DNA from: an uncultured Acidobacteriota bacterium
GTDB lineage: Bacteria; Acidobacteriota; Blastocatellia; RBC074
NCBI GenBank assembly: GCA_963796275.1
Contig: CAWCKY010000006.1
Coordinates: forward strand, 96,001-160,000
DNA: 64,000 nt
Direction: 5' to 3'
Shown: positions 1-10,870 of the stretch, in pieces
Layout: the number at the start of each line of letters is the position of its first letter
How positions within the stretch are numbered: the first letter of the stretch is position 1
The notes under the pieces: generated by a model
The model's input: only the letters and a program-made list of their open reading frames with translations
Databases searched by the model: none
Told to the model about the DNA's origin: nothing
Program-made: the position numbers and the translations under genes

Positions 1-1617
1 CGACCGATCGCTACATGATCGGGGGCGCGCTTACTGATTCGGCGGTTCGTGCTCGCGGCCATTATTCTCCTCGTCTTCTTCATCGGGACCTACGGGCTTT
101 TCAAAATAACGCCTGGCGGGTTCCTGCCGTTTGAGGACCAGGGCGCGTTCTTCGTTATGGTGCGGCTGCCGGACGGCGCTTCGCTCGAGCGCAATGATGC
201 GGTGCTCAAGCGGGCGGAGGAGATACTCCTCAATACGAAGGGCATCAAGTTCGTCAATACCCTCGGCGGTTACGACCTGATCAACCAGATCAACAACATG
301 AATATCTCCTCTTTTATCGTGGCCCTTGAGCCCTGGGAGGAGCGACATGCACCCGATCTGCAAATCGAGAGCATCGTTGAGAAAGTGCAACGGCAGTTCA
401 ACGGGATCGAGAGCGGGATGGTGTTGGCCGTCAATATGCCGCCAATTCTGGGGCTCGGCAACGGCGGCGGGTTTGAGCTTTGCGTCGAGGATAGGGCCGG
501 GAGGGATATCGACGATCTTTACAATGTGACGCAGGAGCTGATCGTCACTGCATCGCAGCGGCCGGAGTTAACGCGCCTGTACACGCCCCTGCGGGTCACG
601 GTCCCCCAGATCAGAGTTGAACTCGACCAGGACAAGGCGAAGACGCGTGGCATACCGGTGACCAACGTCTACGATACGCTGCAGACCTTCCTCGGCGGTC
701 TATATGTCAATGACTTCAACGCCTTTGGCCGGACATGGAAGGTCATGATGCAGTCCGCGCCCGAATTCCGGCGAACCCCGGATGATATCAAGAATTTTTA
801 CGTCCGCGCGGGGGACGAAACGATGGTGCCGCTCTCGACGCTGGTCACCGAGGGGACACGAAGCGGGCCGGAGGTCGTCTTCCGATATAACAGCTTCCGC
901 GCGGCGAAGATCAGCGGCGATGTCAAACCGGGCTACAGCTCGGGGCAGGGGAACGCCGCAATGGAGGAGACGGCGGCCAAGGTGCTCCCCTCAGGCTTCG
1001 GCTACGAGTGGACCGGAACGGTCTTCCAGCAGAAGAAGTCGGAAGGCAAGGAGCCCTTCATTTTCGGGCTGGCCGGTCTGCTCGTGCTGCTCTTCCTGGC
1101 CGCGTTGTACGAGAGCTGGTCGATCCCCTTTGCCGTGCTACTCTCGGTACCGATCGGCATCTTCGGCGCCATGCTCGGGCTATGGTCGACTGGCCTGAAT
1201 TACGACATCTATGCACAGATCGGGATTATCACCCTCATCGGGTTGGCGGCGAAGAACGCGATCCTGATCGTGGAGTTCGCCAAGATGCGCCGGGAAGAAG
1301 GGCGCGGAGTGGTTGAGGCGGCGACCGATGCGGCGCAATTGCGGTTGCGGCCGATCCTCATGACCTCGTTCGCCTTCATCCTAGGGTGTATCCCATTGAT
1401 CATAGCATCGGGGGCGGGCGCCGGCGCGCGCACCGCGCTCGGCACTGGAGTCGTCTGGGGCATGACGATCGCGACCTGCGTCGGGGTATTTATCGTGCCG
1501 ACGCTCTATGTGTTCATACAGGGAACGACCGAACGCTTCTCCCGCAAAGCCCAAAAGACAGCCGAGGCGACGACCCGGAAGGCTTCGGTTGAGGGCCCTT
1601 CTCACGTCGGAGATTGA
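1..1617 (+). CDS. RND efflux transporter permease (AcrB/HAE1 family), C-terminal part; 5' end lies outside the window; probable 1-nt G-run frameshift at 21-25
   Basis: Motifs PGGFLPFEDQG, LAALYESWSIPFAVLL, IGLAAKNAILIVEFA and RLRPILMTSFAFILG. Frame 3 reads TDRYMIG and continues as ARLLIRRFVLAA in frame 1 across GGGGG. Confidence 0.93.
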
Positions 1618-1620
1618 AAT

Positions 1621-3030
1621 ATGAAAATATGGACAATCGTGTGTTTGACCATCGCCCTGCTGCTTGCGGGCTGCAAGATAGGGCCAAACTACAAACGGCC
1701 GCAGGCGCCTATGCCGGCCGAATACCGCGCAGCCGTCCTGGATCCGAACCGACCGCTTGCGGCGAGCCTGGCCGATACCAAATGGTTCGACCTGTTTCAG
1801 GATGATCAGCTCAAGGCTCTGATCCAGACGGCTCTCGAGCAGAACTACGACCTGCGGATCGCCTCTGCGCGCGTGCTTCAGGCGCGGGCGCTCTACGGTA
1901 TTACGCGCTCCGATCTCTTTCCGACGGTCAACGCGGATGTCGGCGCCATCTCGTTTCGGCCTTCGGAGAGCGCCCGGTTCGCTTTTCCGGACCCCTTCAC
2001 CGCCGGAACCAGCAATTACACCAGCCTCGGCCTGAGCCTGGGCTGGGAAATTGACGTGTGGGGTCGCATTCGGCGGTTGACCGAAGCGGCCCGGGCTGAG
2101 TACCTCGCTCAGGAAAATGTGCAGCGCGGCGTCATCACGACTCTGGTGGCCGATGTCGCGAGCGCCTATTTCGATTTGCGTGAACTTGATCTCGAGCTGG
2201 AGATTGCGCGCAGCACGCTCGCGACTCGTGAGAAGGGGTTGCGGTTGACGACGGCGCGACGCGACTATGGGGTAGATAGCTCCCTCGCAGTGCGCCAGTC
2301 CGAAGACCTGTTGTACTCGGCAACGTCCCAGATCGCGCGGATCGAGCGGCAGATCGAGCAGAAGGAGAATCAGATCAGCCTGCTGGTGGCTCGGAATCCA
2401 GGAGAGATTGTGCGCGGAAAGCCGCTGAATGATCAATACATCCCTCCGGCAATTCCCGCCGGATTGCCCTCGTCGTTGTTGGAGCGGCGGCCGGACATCA
2501 GGGAGGCGGAGCAGAGTCTGATCGCCGCCAATGCGCGCATCGGGGTGGCGAAGGCTGCCTACTTCCCGCGCATCACGCTGACCGGATTTCTGGGCACAGA
2601 GAGTCAAGACCTCGGCAATCTATTCACGGGACCGACGCGCGCCTGGGATTTCATCGCGAATGCATCGACGCCGATCTTCAACGCCGGAAGGATCAAATCC
2701 GGAGTCAAGTTCTCCGAGGCCGCCCGGCAAGAGGCACTGGTGCGCTACGAGCAGTCGATCCAGACAGCCTTCCGTGAAATCTCGGACGCCTTGATCGGTT
2801 ACACCAAGACGCGCGAGGAGCGCACGCAGCAGGAGCTGGTGGTCAGGGCGCGCGCGGAGGGCAGACGTCTCTCCGAACTCCGCTGGATTGGCGGACTAGA
2901 CAGTTACCTCCAGGTACTGGATGCAGATCGAACTCTCTTCGAGGGACAGTTGCAGTTGGCACAGTTACGGCGCAACGAACTGCTGGCCGTCGTCGAGGTG
3001 TATCGCGCCTTGGGCGGGGGTTGGCAATAG
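1621..3030 (+). CDS. Efflux outer-membrane factor lipoprotein (NodT/OprM family)
   Basis: Lipobox LLAGC followed by GPNYKRP; motifs WEIDVWGRIRR, LPSSLLERRPDI and YRALGGGW; directly follows the RND permease. Confidence 0.95.
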   Translation: MKIWTIVCLTIALLLAGCKIGPNYKRPQAPMPAEYRAAVLDPNRPLAASLADTKWFDLFQDDQLKALIQTALEQNYDLRIASARVLQARALYGITRSDLFPTVNADVGAISFRPSESARFAFPDPFTAGTSNYTSLGLSLGWEIDVWGRIRRLTEAARAEYLAQENVQRGVITTLVADVASAYFDLRELDLELEIARSTLATREKGLRLTTARRDYGVDSSLAVRQSEDLLYSATSQIARIERQIEQKENQISLLVARNPGEIVRGKPLNDQYIPPAIPAGLPSSLLERRPDIREAEQSLIAANARIGVAKAAYFPRITLTGFLGTESQDLGNLFTGPTRAWDFIANASTPIFNAGRIKSGVKFSEAARQEALVRYEQSIQTAFREISDALIGYTKTREERTQQELVVRARAEGRRLSELRWIGGLDSYLQVLDADRTLFEGQLQLAQLRRNELLAVVEVYRALGGGWQ

Positions 3031-3051
3031 TCAATTCAAAGGATGGAAGCC

Positions 3052-3867
3052 ATGGGAAAAAAGAATAGCAATAACAATAACGACAAACCTGAGTTCAGTC
3101 GCAAGGAATACGAAAAGGAATTGGAGCGGCTACAGGTGGAACTCTGCAAACTACAGGAGTGGGTGAAGCACAAGGGACTGCGGGTAATCATCGTGTTTGA
3201 AGGGCGCGACGCAGCCGGCAAGGGAGGAACCATCAAGGCGATTATGGAGCGCGTCAGTCCACGCATCTTCCGTCTCGCGGCCCTGCCCGCCCCTTCAGAC
3301 CGTGAGAAAAGCCAGATGTATATGCAGCGTTACATCCAGCATTTTCCCGCGTCCGGAGAGATCGTCATCTTCGACCGCAGCTGGTACAACCGCTCCGGGG
3401 TTGAATATGTCATGGGCTTTTGTACCGCTGAGCAGCATGATCGTTTCCTCAAACTCTGTCCGGAAATCGAGGAATACATCGTGAACGGCGGGATCATTCT
3501 GATCAAGTTCTGGCTCGAAGTCAGCAATGAAGAGCAGAAGCGTCGCTTCGAGGCGCGTATCGATGACCCGCTCCGACAATGGAAATTGAGCCCGATGGAT
3601 ATGCCGTCCCGCGAGAAATGGTATAAGTACTCGCGCGCTCGCGATATGATGCTCGAGGCCACAGACACCGAATTCGCGCCGTGGTACATCGTACCCTCCG
3701 ATGACAAGCGGCGCGCGCGCCTGAACTGCATCTCGCATTTGATTAGTCTGATCCCCTACAAAGAGGTTACCCGGCCTAAGGTCAAACTCCCAATGCGGTC
3801 AGAAAAGGGGGCATACGACGACCAGGCCGCTCTCAATGGAAGACAATTTATCCCGGAAAAATATTGA
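3052..3867 (+). CDS. ppk2: Polyphosphate kinase 2
   Basis: Motifs FEGRDAAGKGG, FDRSWYNR, WKLSPMD and SDDKRRARLN. The AAAGGA RBS favours ATG 3052 over 3043. Confidence 0.95.
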   Translation: MGKKNSNNNNDKPEFSRKEYEKELERLQVELCKLQEWVKHKGLRVIIVFEGRDAAGKGGTIKAIMERVSPRIFRLAALPAPSDREKSQMYMQRYIQHFPASGEIVIFDRSWYNRSGVEYVMGFCTAEQHDRFLKLCPEIEEYIVNGGIILIKFWLEVSNEEQKRRFEARIDDPLRQWKLSPMDMPSREKWYKYSRARDMMLEATDTEFAPWYIVPSDDKRRARLNCISHLISLIPYKEVTRPKVKLPMRSEKGAYDDQAALNGRQFIPEKY

Positions 3868-3916
3868 CAGGCGCATCTCGGATCGATCCAGACGGGGGAA
3901 CGGCGGCTGAAACTGT

Positions 3917-5311
3917 ATGAGCCCCGATGCAATTCAATCCAAAGCCTTCCAACGCGCGGCTCTGAAGAGTGAGTCGTACCGTATCCTCGGATTGCTGTGC
4001 GTCTTGGGCGGATTGTTCCTTTACGCGATAGCTCGCGGTGCCGTTACCGGTGAGCTGCGACTCCTCCTCACGCAAATCCTGCTGCTTGCTGTCGCGGCCG
4101 GCTTTGAAGGAGGGATGTTGCTGATCGTGAGAAGAGCGGTCCGATTGGAGCGAGACCTTACGCCTTCAGTGTGGCTGGTCATGGTGTTGGTTGAGACGCT
4201 TCTTCCCACGATCGCTATTTTCATGCTGACCGAAAGCCGGTATACCACTCCGTACCAGGCGCTCGTCGCGCCGGTTGTCCTCGTCTATTTCTTTCTCATT
4301 ATCCTTACAGCGCTTCGGCTGAGTCCTTATCTCTCCTTGTTGACCGGTCTCTTTTCCGCATTGGGTTATCTCGCTGCCACATTCTATATGCGCTGGCAGT
4401 ACCCAAATCCTGACGCCAGTAGCGGCGTGTTCCCCATGGCCATCTATGTCATGTATGCAGTCTCGATGCTCATTGGCGGAATTATTGCAGCCTTCGTGAC
4501 CGGGCAGATTCGGATTCATGTCTCTGCGGCCTTGCGCGAAGCCGAGTTGCAACGCAAGCTCGAGCGGATGAACCACGACCTTGGCATCGCGCGTTCGATC
4601 CAACAAGGACTGCTGCCACGTCATTCACCCGAGCTCACTGATTTCGAGATTGCCGGCTGGAATCAACCTGCCGACCAGACCGGGGGCGACTACTTCGACT
4701 GGCAGGCGCTGCCCGATGGACGACTCGCCATCAGCCTCGGTGACGTGGCCGGCCATGGCATCGGACCCGCGCTGGTGACCGCGGCGTGTCGAGCTTATGC
4801 GCGCGCCAGTTTTCTAGCCGATGGTGATCCAGCCACCGTGCTGAAGCGCCTCAATCAGTTGCTGGCTGAGGACCTTCCCCCGGACCGGTTCGTCACCTAC
4901 GCGGTCGCTTTGCTCGATCCAATCGGGTCAAAACTACAGCTGCTCTCTGCAGGCCACGGCCCAATCCTGTGGTACAGGCCTGCCACGGATGAAATCCGGA
5001 ACCTTGATGCCCAGGGCATTCCATTGGGCCTGATCCAGGGCATTGAGTACGGCCATCCTACGGAGACGCCTCTCGCTCCGGGGGACATGCTCGTGTTGGT
5101 AACTGATGGCTTCTACGAATGGGAGAATCCCCAGGGTGAAGAGTTCGGATTGACGCGGCTTCAAGAGGTGATTCGGGAGTCGTGCGATTTTCCAGCCTGT
5201 GAGGTAATTCAGCGGTTGTACTCAACCTTAATGAACTTTTGCCAGGGAACTGAGCAAAAGGATGATCTGACCGCGGTCGTTCTCAAGCGGAAGGTAGAAT
5301 CACCCAATTGA
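3917..5311 (+). CDS. Membrane-anchored PP2C/SpoIIE (RsbU-like) serine phosphatase
   Basis: Hydrophobic N-terminal half, then ARSIQQGLLP, GGDYFD, LGDVAGHG, SAGHGP, VTDGFYE and DDLTAV. Confidence 0.9.
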   Translation: MSPDAIQSKAFQRAALKSESYRILGLLCVLGGLFLYAIARGAVTGELRLLLTQILLLAVAAGFEGGMLLIVRRAVRLERDLTPSVWLVMVLVETLLPTIAIFMLTESRYTTPYQALVAPVVLVYFFLIILTALRLSPYLSLLTGLFSALGYLAATFYMRWQYPNPDASSGVFPMAIYVMYAVSMLIGGIIAAFVTGQIRIHVSAALREAELQRKLERMNHDLGIARSIQQGLLPRHSPELTDFEIAGWNQPADQTGGDYFDWQALPDGRLAISLGDVAGHGIGPALVTAACRAYARASFLADGDPATVLKRLNQLLAEDLPPDRFVTYAVALLDPIGSKLQLLSAGHGPILWYRPATDEIRNLDAQGIPLGLIQGIEYGHPTETPLAPGDMLVLVTDGFYEWENPQGEEFGLTRLQEVIRESCDFPACEVIQRLYSTLMNFCQGTEQKDDLTAVVLKRKVESPN

Positions 5312-5739
5312 TATCCATTCCATGACACTGATATTACGGGTGAAGCGGAAAGACCTCCAATATTTCGTGGCTAACCCAATATCTTGGGTTACAAGGAGCC
5401 CTTCTACTTTTTAATCCGACTCGCAGGTGATTGTGTTCAATAGCTTTTCCACTTTTTCCCCTGGTCTTCTCCTCGGCTCAAAGCTTGCTATCTATGAATT
5501 CGAATAACGGTTCGGAGTGTGGGAACCCTCAATGGAGACATTATGAAAAAAACGATCGTCATCCAATTATCTTTGACTTGTCTTCTTGTTGTTCTTCCGC
5601 GAATGGCCAGGAAAAGGTCAGAGCTTTTGAATCGTTTCTGTATGGCGTCGTCATAGCGAACATTCTATCTCTCCTGTTGAAGGAGATTGGTTCCGCAGTT
5701 CGAATAACGTCGGCAGGAGTGACCAGGGAGGAGAAGAAG

Positions 5740-5903
5740 ATGAATCGAGAAACCGAAACCGGAAAGTATGAACGCCTGCTGGAGCGTTGCCGGAGTTTGG
5801 ATCCGATTCGAACTACTGTGGCCGGGCCGATAGTGTGCGATCACGGACTGCCAGTTGCGCAGTTGCCATGTTGGCGGCTCATGCGCGGCGAAGGAGGACA
5901 TAG
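5740..5903 (+). pseudogene. Internally deleted phosphate acetyl/butyryltransferase (only ~28 N-terminal and ~26 C-terminal codons remain)
   Basis: GGAGGA RBS, then MNRETETGKYERLLERCRSLDPIRTTVA joined out of frame to RADSVRSRTASCAVAMLAAHARRRRT*. These resemble the two termini of Pta/Ptb-family enzymes. Lies immediately upstream of ackA. Confidence 0.75.
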
Positions 5904-5914
5904 GGGGTGCTTTG

Positions 5915-7099
5915 ATGGATGATTACTCTCTTGTGCTCAATGCCGGCTCATCGAGCTTGAAATTCTGCGTTTTCCAGCGGCCGAAGGGAAAAAACTGGCG
6001 ATTGGAAGAGCGGGGCCAGATCGAAGGTATCGGAACCGCGCCGCGGCTCTCTGTCAAAGACGCTCAGGGCGCAAACCTTGCCGATGATAAGTTGGACAGG
6101 GCTATCCGCGATGGGCGCGCCGCTATCGATGCTCTGGCATTCTGGCTCCAATCCAGGTATGGCGGCTCGCGAGTGCTGGGTGTCGGCCACCGCGTCGTCC
6201 ACGGGGGATCGCGATTTGCCGGTCCCACGATCGTGAACAGGCAGGTTCTGGAAGAGCTCTATCGACTGGTTCCTTTGGCGCCATTACACGAGCCGTACAA
6301 TCTGGCAGCCATTGAAGCGGCCTTCGAGCGATTGCCGGGCGTGCCGCAGGTTGCCTGCTTCGACACCAGCTTTCATCGCGGCCATTCGGCCGTTGCTGAG
6401 TTGATCCCGCTGCCACGTGATATTTGCAGATCGGACCTCCAGCGGTATGGTTTCCATGGCCTGTCTTACGAATATATCGCATCCGTTTTACCGGAGGTGG
6501 CCCCGGAGATCGCCATGGGGCGCGTCATCGTTGCCCATCTTGGAAGCGGCGCCAGTCTATGCGCATTGCAGGAGGGGAAAAGCATCGACAGCACGATGGC
6601 CTTCACAGCGCTCGATGGGCTGTGCATGGGCACGAGGCCGGGCGCGATCGATCCCGGTATAGTTCTGTATCTTTTTCAGAATCTCGGACTTTCGGCCAAA
6701 GAGGTGGAGACCATCCTCTATAAGAGGTCGGGATTACTCGGCATTTCCGGCATCAGTAGCGACATGCGAGACCTGCTTGGGCGGAGTGAACCGGAGGCCC
6801 GCCTGGCGGTTGATTTCTTCGTTTACCGGATTGCCAAGGAGACAGGCGCGCTGGCTGCCGTATTGGGCGGCCTCGATGGACTGGTATTCACCGCCGGTAT
6901 TGGAGAGAACTCAGCCGATATCCGCCGGCGAATCTGCGAGACCGCTTCATGGCTTGGAGTAGAACTCGACGCGGAAGCGAATGCCGGCAGAGGTCCGCGC
7001 ATTTCCGCTCCGCAAAGTAAGGTCTCGGTCTGGGTGATCCCGACCAACGAGGAGCTCATGATCGCGCGGCATACCGGAATGCTGCTCGGGTTGGGATAG
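5915..7099 (+). CDS. ackA: Acetate kinase
   Basis: Motifs LVLNAGSSSLK, GHRVVHGG, FDTSFH, YGFHGLSY, FTAGIGENS and IPTNEELMIA. Confidence 0.96.
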   Translation: MDDYSLVLNAGSSSLKFCVFQRPKGKNWRLEERGQIEGIGTAPRLSVKDAQGANLADDKLDRAIRDGRAAIDALAFWLQSRYGGSRVLGVGHRVVHGGSRFAGPTIVNRQVLEELYRLVPLAPLHEPYNLAAIEAAFERLPGVPQVACFDTSFHRGHSAVAELIPLPRDICRSDLQRYGFHGLSYEYIASVLPEVAPEIAMGRVIVAHLGSGASLCALQEGKSIDSTMAFTALDGLCMGTRPGAIDPGIVLYLFQNLGLSAKEVETILYKRSGLLGISGISSDMRDLLGRSEPEARLAVDFFVYRIAKETGALAAVLGGLDGLVFTAGIGENSADIRRRICETASWLGVELDAEANAGRGPRISAPQSKVSVWVIPTNEELMIARHTGMLLGLG

Positions 7100-7135
7100 C
7101 TCCGCTCGTGCGCAATTTAAGTGAGAAGAACCACG

Positions 7136-7366
7136 ATGGCTAATACCGCATCACAAGAAATCGCCCGCGAGCAAGTTATTCCCGCATGGCAAGGATTCAG
7201 GCCAAAGTCCTGGTGTGACACGCTGCTCGATGCGATAGATCACCCGGAGCAGTATCCGAACCTGACGATCCGCGTCTCAGGATATGCCGTTAACTACATG
7301 CGGCTGACGCGCGAGCAGCAAATGGACGTGATCAACCGCACGTTTCACGGAGTATGGGCGATATGA
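7136..7366 (+). pseudogene. In-frame internally deleted pyruvate formate-lyase, or a GrcA-like autonomous glycyl radical mini-protein (76 aa)
   Basis: PflB-like N-terminus (AWQGFRP) fused in frame to the PflB C-terminus [44 protein letters not shown]. The stop overlaps the pflA start (ATGA). Confidence 0.8.
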
Positions 7367-8208
7367 GCGAAAAACAAATGTCGCAACCTGTTCGGCTGGA
7401 GGCGAAAAGCCCTTTCGACCTGCGGGTGAACCTGGGCCGGGGCGTGCCTGAATCGGACGTGCGAAAGGCGCTGGCCACCGGGGAGATGGGCTTCCTTCAT
7501 TCATTCACCACCGGCTCCACCGTCGATGGGCCTGGCCTACGCATTGTTGCGTGGACGGCGGGCTGTCAGTTTCGATGCCTCTACTGCCATAACCCGGACA
7601 CCTGGAATATGAGCAACGGCATTCCCGTGACCCTGACTCGTGCGACCGAGGAGCTGCGCAGGTATCGCTATGGCCTCAAATCGATGTCGGGCGGGTTCAC
7701 CTTGAGCGGTGGCGAGCCGCTTATGCAGGATCGGTTCGCAGTCAAGCTATTTACAGCGGCACAGAGGATGGGAATCCATACCGCTTTGGATACCAACGGC
7801 TTTCTGGGCGTACGGCTCAGCGATGCGGAGTTGGAGACGATCGACTTGATGTTGCTGGACATCAAGACCTGGGATGATCAGCGCCACCGGCGACTTACGG
7901 GAATGGATATTGGCCCGACCCTGGATTTCGCGCGCCGCCTTTCCGCCCGGAGAAGACCGGTATGGCTGCGCTTCGTGTTGGTGCGCGGATTGACTGACGA
8001 CGCGGCAGACATCGCGGGGATTGCCAAGTTCGCCGCCGGCCTGGGAATCGTCGAGCGAGTCGACGTACTGCCCTTTCATCAAATGGGCCGATTTAAGTGG
8101 AAGGAACTCAAGCTCAACTACACCCTCGATGATGTTGAACCTCCGACGATCGAAGCGGTCGACCGCGCCTGCGCCCTGTTTCGCGCCGAAGGACTCAAGA
8201 CAGTTTGA
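7363..8208 (+). CDS. pflA: Pyruvate formate-lyase activating enzyme (radical SAM)
   Basis: Motifs [29 protein letters not shown] and LPFHQMG. Confidence 0.95.
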   Translation: MSEKQMSQPVRLEAKSPFDLRVNLGRGVPESDVRKALATGEMGFLHSFTTGSTVDGPGLRIVAWTAGCQFRCLYCHNPDTWNMSNGIPVTLTRATEELRRYRYGLKSMSGGFTLSGGEPLMQDRFAVKLFTAAQRMGIHTALDTNGFLGVRLSDAELETIDLMLLDIKTWDDQRHRRLTGMDIGPTLDFARRLSARRRPVWLRFVLVRGLTDDAADIAGIAKFAAGLGIVERVDVLPFHQMGRFKWKELKLNYTLDDVEPPTIEAVDRACALFRAEGLKTV

Positions 8209-8348
8209 GCAAAGAGTCGGTCACGTCTTCAGAGAAGTAGAGGCTATGAAACTACGAAAATCAGGTTTCCATATAGAGCTATTGTTGGGAACAGTGCTTC
8301 TTGCGTAGAGAGACTGGCAACAGATGATCATTTTCAGAAAGGAACATT

Positions 8349-10868
8349 ATGGCGGAAGGACAGAAACACAGTAGGTCGGTTTCGCAGAGATTGATGGAAT
8401 CCGATAAGCTGTCGAAGCTCCTCCAGAAATACGGCTGCGGCCCTGTTGAGTTATCGGGGACCGACAACGCATTCTATGAACGCCATCTCGTCTTCGACAA
8501 AGTCCTCGATTTAACGGCTGCTGGTCCACGCGAGCGCTTTGAGGCGTTCGCCCGCTCCGTGCGGGATATCCTCTCGCAGAGATGGGTGCATACGGAGAAG
8601 ACCTACGAGCGCGAGAACCCCAAGCGAGTCTACTATCTCTCGATGGAATTTCTCATTGGCCGCTCGCTGGCCAACAATATCGCGAACCTTTTACTCGATC
8701 CCCATGTGAAGCAAGCCGTCAAGCAAAAAAACCTCGACTGGGTTGAATTGCTCGAACAGGAGCCAGACGCCGGGCTGGGCAACGGGGGATTGGGACGACT
8801 GGCTGCTTGTTTCCTTGAATCGATGGCCACGATGAAGCTTCCGGCTATGGGCTACGGGATGCGGTACGAATACGGAATATTCAAGCAATCCATCAGGGAC
8901 GGCTGGCAACACGAAGAGGCTGACAACTGGCTGCGGCGCCCGGACCCGTGGGAGGTCGCTCGTCCCGAGGAGCAGGTGGAAGTCAAGCTCAACTGCTCAT
9001 TCGAAATCCATGGCGGCACGTTGCGAGCGGTTTGGAACCGCCCGTCTACTCTGATCGGCATTCCATTTGATCGCCCCGTCGTGGGCTATGATGGAGAGAC
9101 CATCAATACGCTGCGACTGTGGGCCGCCGCAGCGCCCGACTTCTTCAATTTTCAGGAGTTCAGCGGCGGAGATTTTGTCGGCGCGCTGGCCGAAACTCTC
9201 ACTGCCGAGTCCCTCACACGAGTCCTCTATCCGGACGATTCCACGAGCCAGGGGCAGGGGCTCCGGTTCGTGCAGGAGTATTTTCTGGTCGCCTGCTCGC
9301 TGGCCGATCTGGTGCGTCGCTTCCGGCGCACCAACAGCGATTGGAGCGCGCTTTCAGAGAAAGTCGCCATACAACTCAACGACACACACCCGGCGATGGC
9401 CGTCCCGGAGTTAGTACGGATACTACTTGACGAAGCCCACCTCGGATGGGACGAGGCCTGGGATATCACACAAAAGGCGCTGGCCTATACTAACCACACG
9501 CTTTTACCCGAAGCTTTGGAGAAATGGCCGCTGGCCTGGTTCAAGGCGGTGTTGCCGCGCCACCTGGAGATAATTCTCGAGATCAACAGTCGCCTGCTCG
9601 ATGATGTTCGGACTCGCTTTCCCGGCGATGAAGGGCGCGTCGCCAGAGTGAGCCTTATCGAAGAAGGCACCGCTCCTAAGATTCGCATGGCCAACCTGGC
9701 AATTGTCGGCTCGCACAGCACCAACGGCGTGGCCGCTCTTCACTCCGAACTGCTGCGCACGACGACGGTCAAGGACCTGGCCGAGATTTTTCCCGAGCGA
9801 TTCAACAACAAGACCAATGGCGTCACGCCGCGCCGCTGGCTGCTGCAGGCGAACCCGGTGCTCGCCCGCGCGATCACCGACGCCATAGGCGACGGCTGGA
9901 TTAGCGATCTCAGTCAATTGCGCCTTCTCCAGCCGCTTGCCGGAGACGACACTTTTCGCGCAAATTTTCGCAAGGCTAAACGCGAGGCCAAGTCCAAGTT
10001 TGCCGATTGGCTCAAAACGACATCCGGCCAGGAGGTAGACCCGGAAACCATCTTCGATTGCCAGGTCAAGCGGATTCACGAATACAAGCGACAACTCCTC
10101 AACGCGCTGCGCATCGTGGTGCTCTACAACCGGCTGCGAGCCGATCCCGACTACGATATGACGCCGCGGACGTTCTTCTTTGCCGGGAAGGCTGCGCCGG
10201 CTTACCACCTGGCCAAGCTCATCATCAAACTGATCAACAACCTGGCCGGTACCATCGACGGCGACCCGGCAGTCGGCGGGCGCCTGAAGGTAGTGTTCCT
10301 GCCCGATTATTGTGTTTCGCTCGCCGAGCGGCTGATCCCCGCTACCGACGTCTCCAACCAGATCTCGACCGCCGGCTATGAAGCCAGCGGGACGAGCAAC
10401 ATGAAGTTCATGATGAATGGGGCGCTGACCATCGGCACGCGCGACGGCGCGACCATTGAGATGGCTGAAGAAGCGGGCGAGGAGAATTTCTTCCTCTTTG
10501 GCCTGACTGCGGATGATGTGGCGGGCGGCCGTGCGTGGTACAGCCCATACTGGCACTATGAAAACGAACCGGAGACGCGCCAGGCGTTGGACCTGATCTT
10601 CTCCGACCACTTCAGCCGAAATGAGCCGGGAGTGTTCACTCCTCTCTGCGATCTGGTCCTTGTGCGCGGTGACTACTACAGGCATCTGGCCGATCTGACC
10701 TCGTATCTCGAAGCGGATCGGCGGCTTTGTGAATTGTACGCTGACCAGGACGGCTGGACGCGCAAGGCCATCTTGAATGTGGCCGGTTCCGGGAAGTTTT
10801 CCAGCGACAGGACGATCGCCGAATATGCCACCGGCATTTGGAGGGTAGAGCCATGCCCGGTGACTTAA
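8349..10868 (+). CDS. glgP: Glycogen/starch phosphorylase
   Basis: Motifs LGNGGLGRLAACF, IQLNDTHP, KRIHEYKRQ, EASGTSNMKF and FSSDRTIAEYA. Confidence 0.97.
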   Translation: MAEGQKHSRSVSQRLMESDKLSKLLQKYGCGPVELSGTDNAFYERHLVFDKVLDLTAAGPRERFEAFARSVRDILSQRWVHTEKTYERENPKRVYYLSMEFLIGRSLANNIANLLLDPHVKQAVKQKNLDWVELLEQEPDAGLGNGGLGRLAACFLESMATMKLPAMGYGMRYEYGIFKQSIRDGWQHEEADNWLRRPDPWEVARPEEQVEVKLNCSFEIHGGTLRAVWNRPSTLIGIPFDRPVVGYDGETINTLRLWAAAAPDFFNFQEFSGGDFVGALAETLTAESLTRVLYPDDSTSQGQGLRFVQEYFLVACSLADLVRRFRRTNSDWSALSEKVAIQLNDTHPAMAVPELVRILLDEAHLGWDEAWDITQKALAYTNHTLLPEALEKWPLAWFKAVLPRHLEIILEINSRLLDDVRTRFPGDEGRVARVSLIEEGTAPKIRMANLAIVGSHSTNGVAALHSELLRTTTVKDLAEIFPERFNNKTNGVTPRRWLLQANPVLARAITDAIGDGWISDLSQLRLLQPLAGDDTFRANFRKAKREAKSKFADWLKTTSGQEVDPETIFDCQVKRIHEYKRQLLNALRIVVLYNRLRADPDYDMTPRTFFFAGKAAPAYHLAKLIIKLINNLAGTIDGDPAVGGRLKVVFLPDYCVSLAERLIPATDVSNQISTAGYEASGTSNMKFMMNGALTIGTRDGATIEMAEEAGEENFFLFGLTADDVAGGRAWYSPYWHYENEPETRQALDLIFSDHFSRNEPGVFTPLCDLVLVRGDYYRHLADLTSYLEADRRLCELYADQDGWTRKAILNVAGSGKFSSDRTIAEYATGIWRVEPCPVT

Positions 10869-10870
10869 AT

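Noticed and set aside
1381-2607. Long minus-strand ORFs (also 9504-10685, 18531-19343, 35319-36197, 48089-49072 and others)
   Set aside because: Antisense shadows of well-supported GC-rich + strand genes, with no recognisable motifs.
5431-5922. 163-aa ORF
   Set aside because: Chimeric read-through of intergenic DNA, a signal-peptide remnant and the pta remnant; not a coherent protein.
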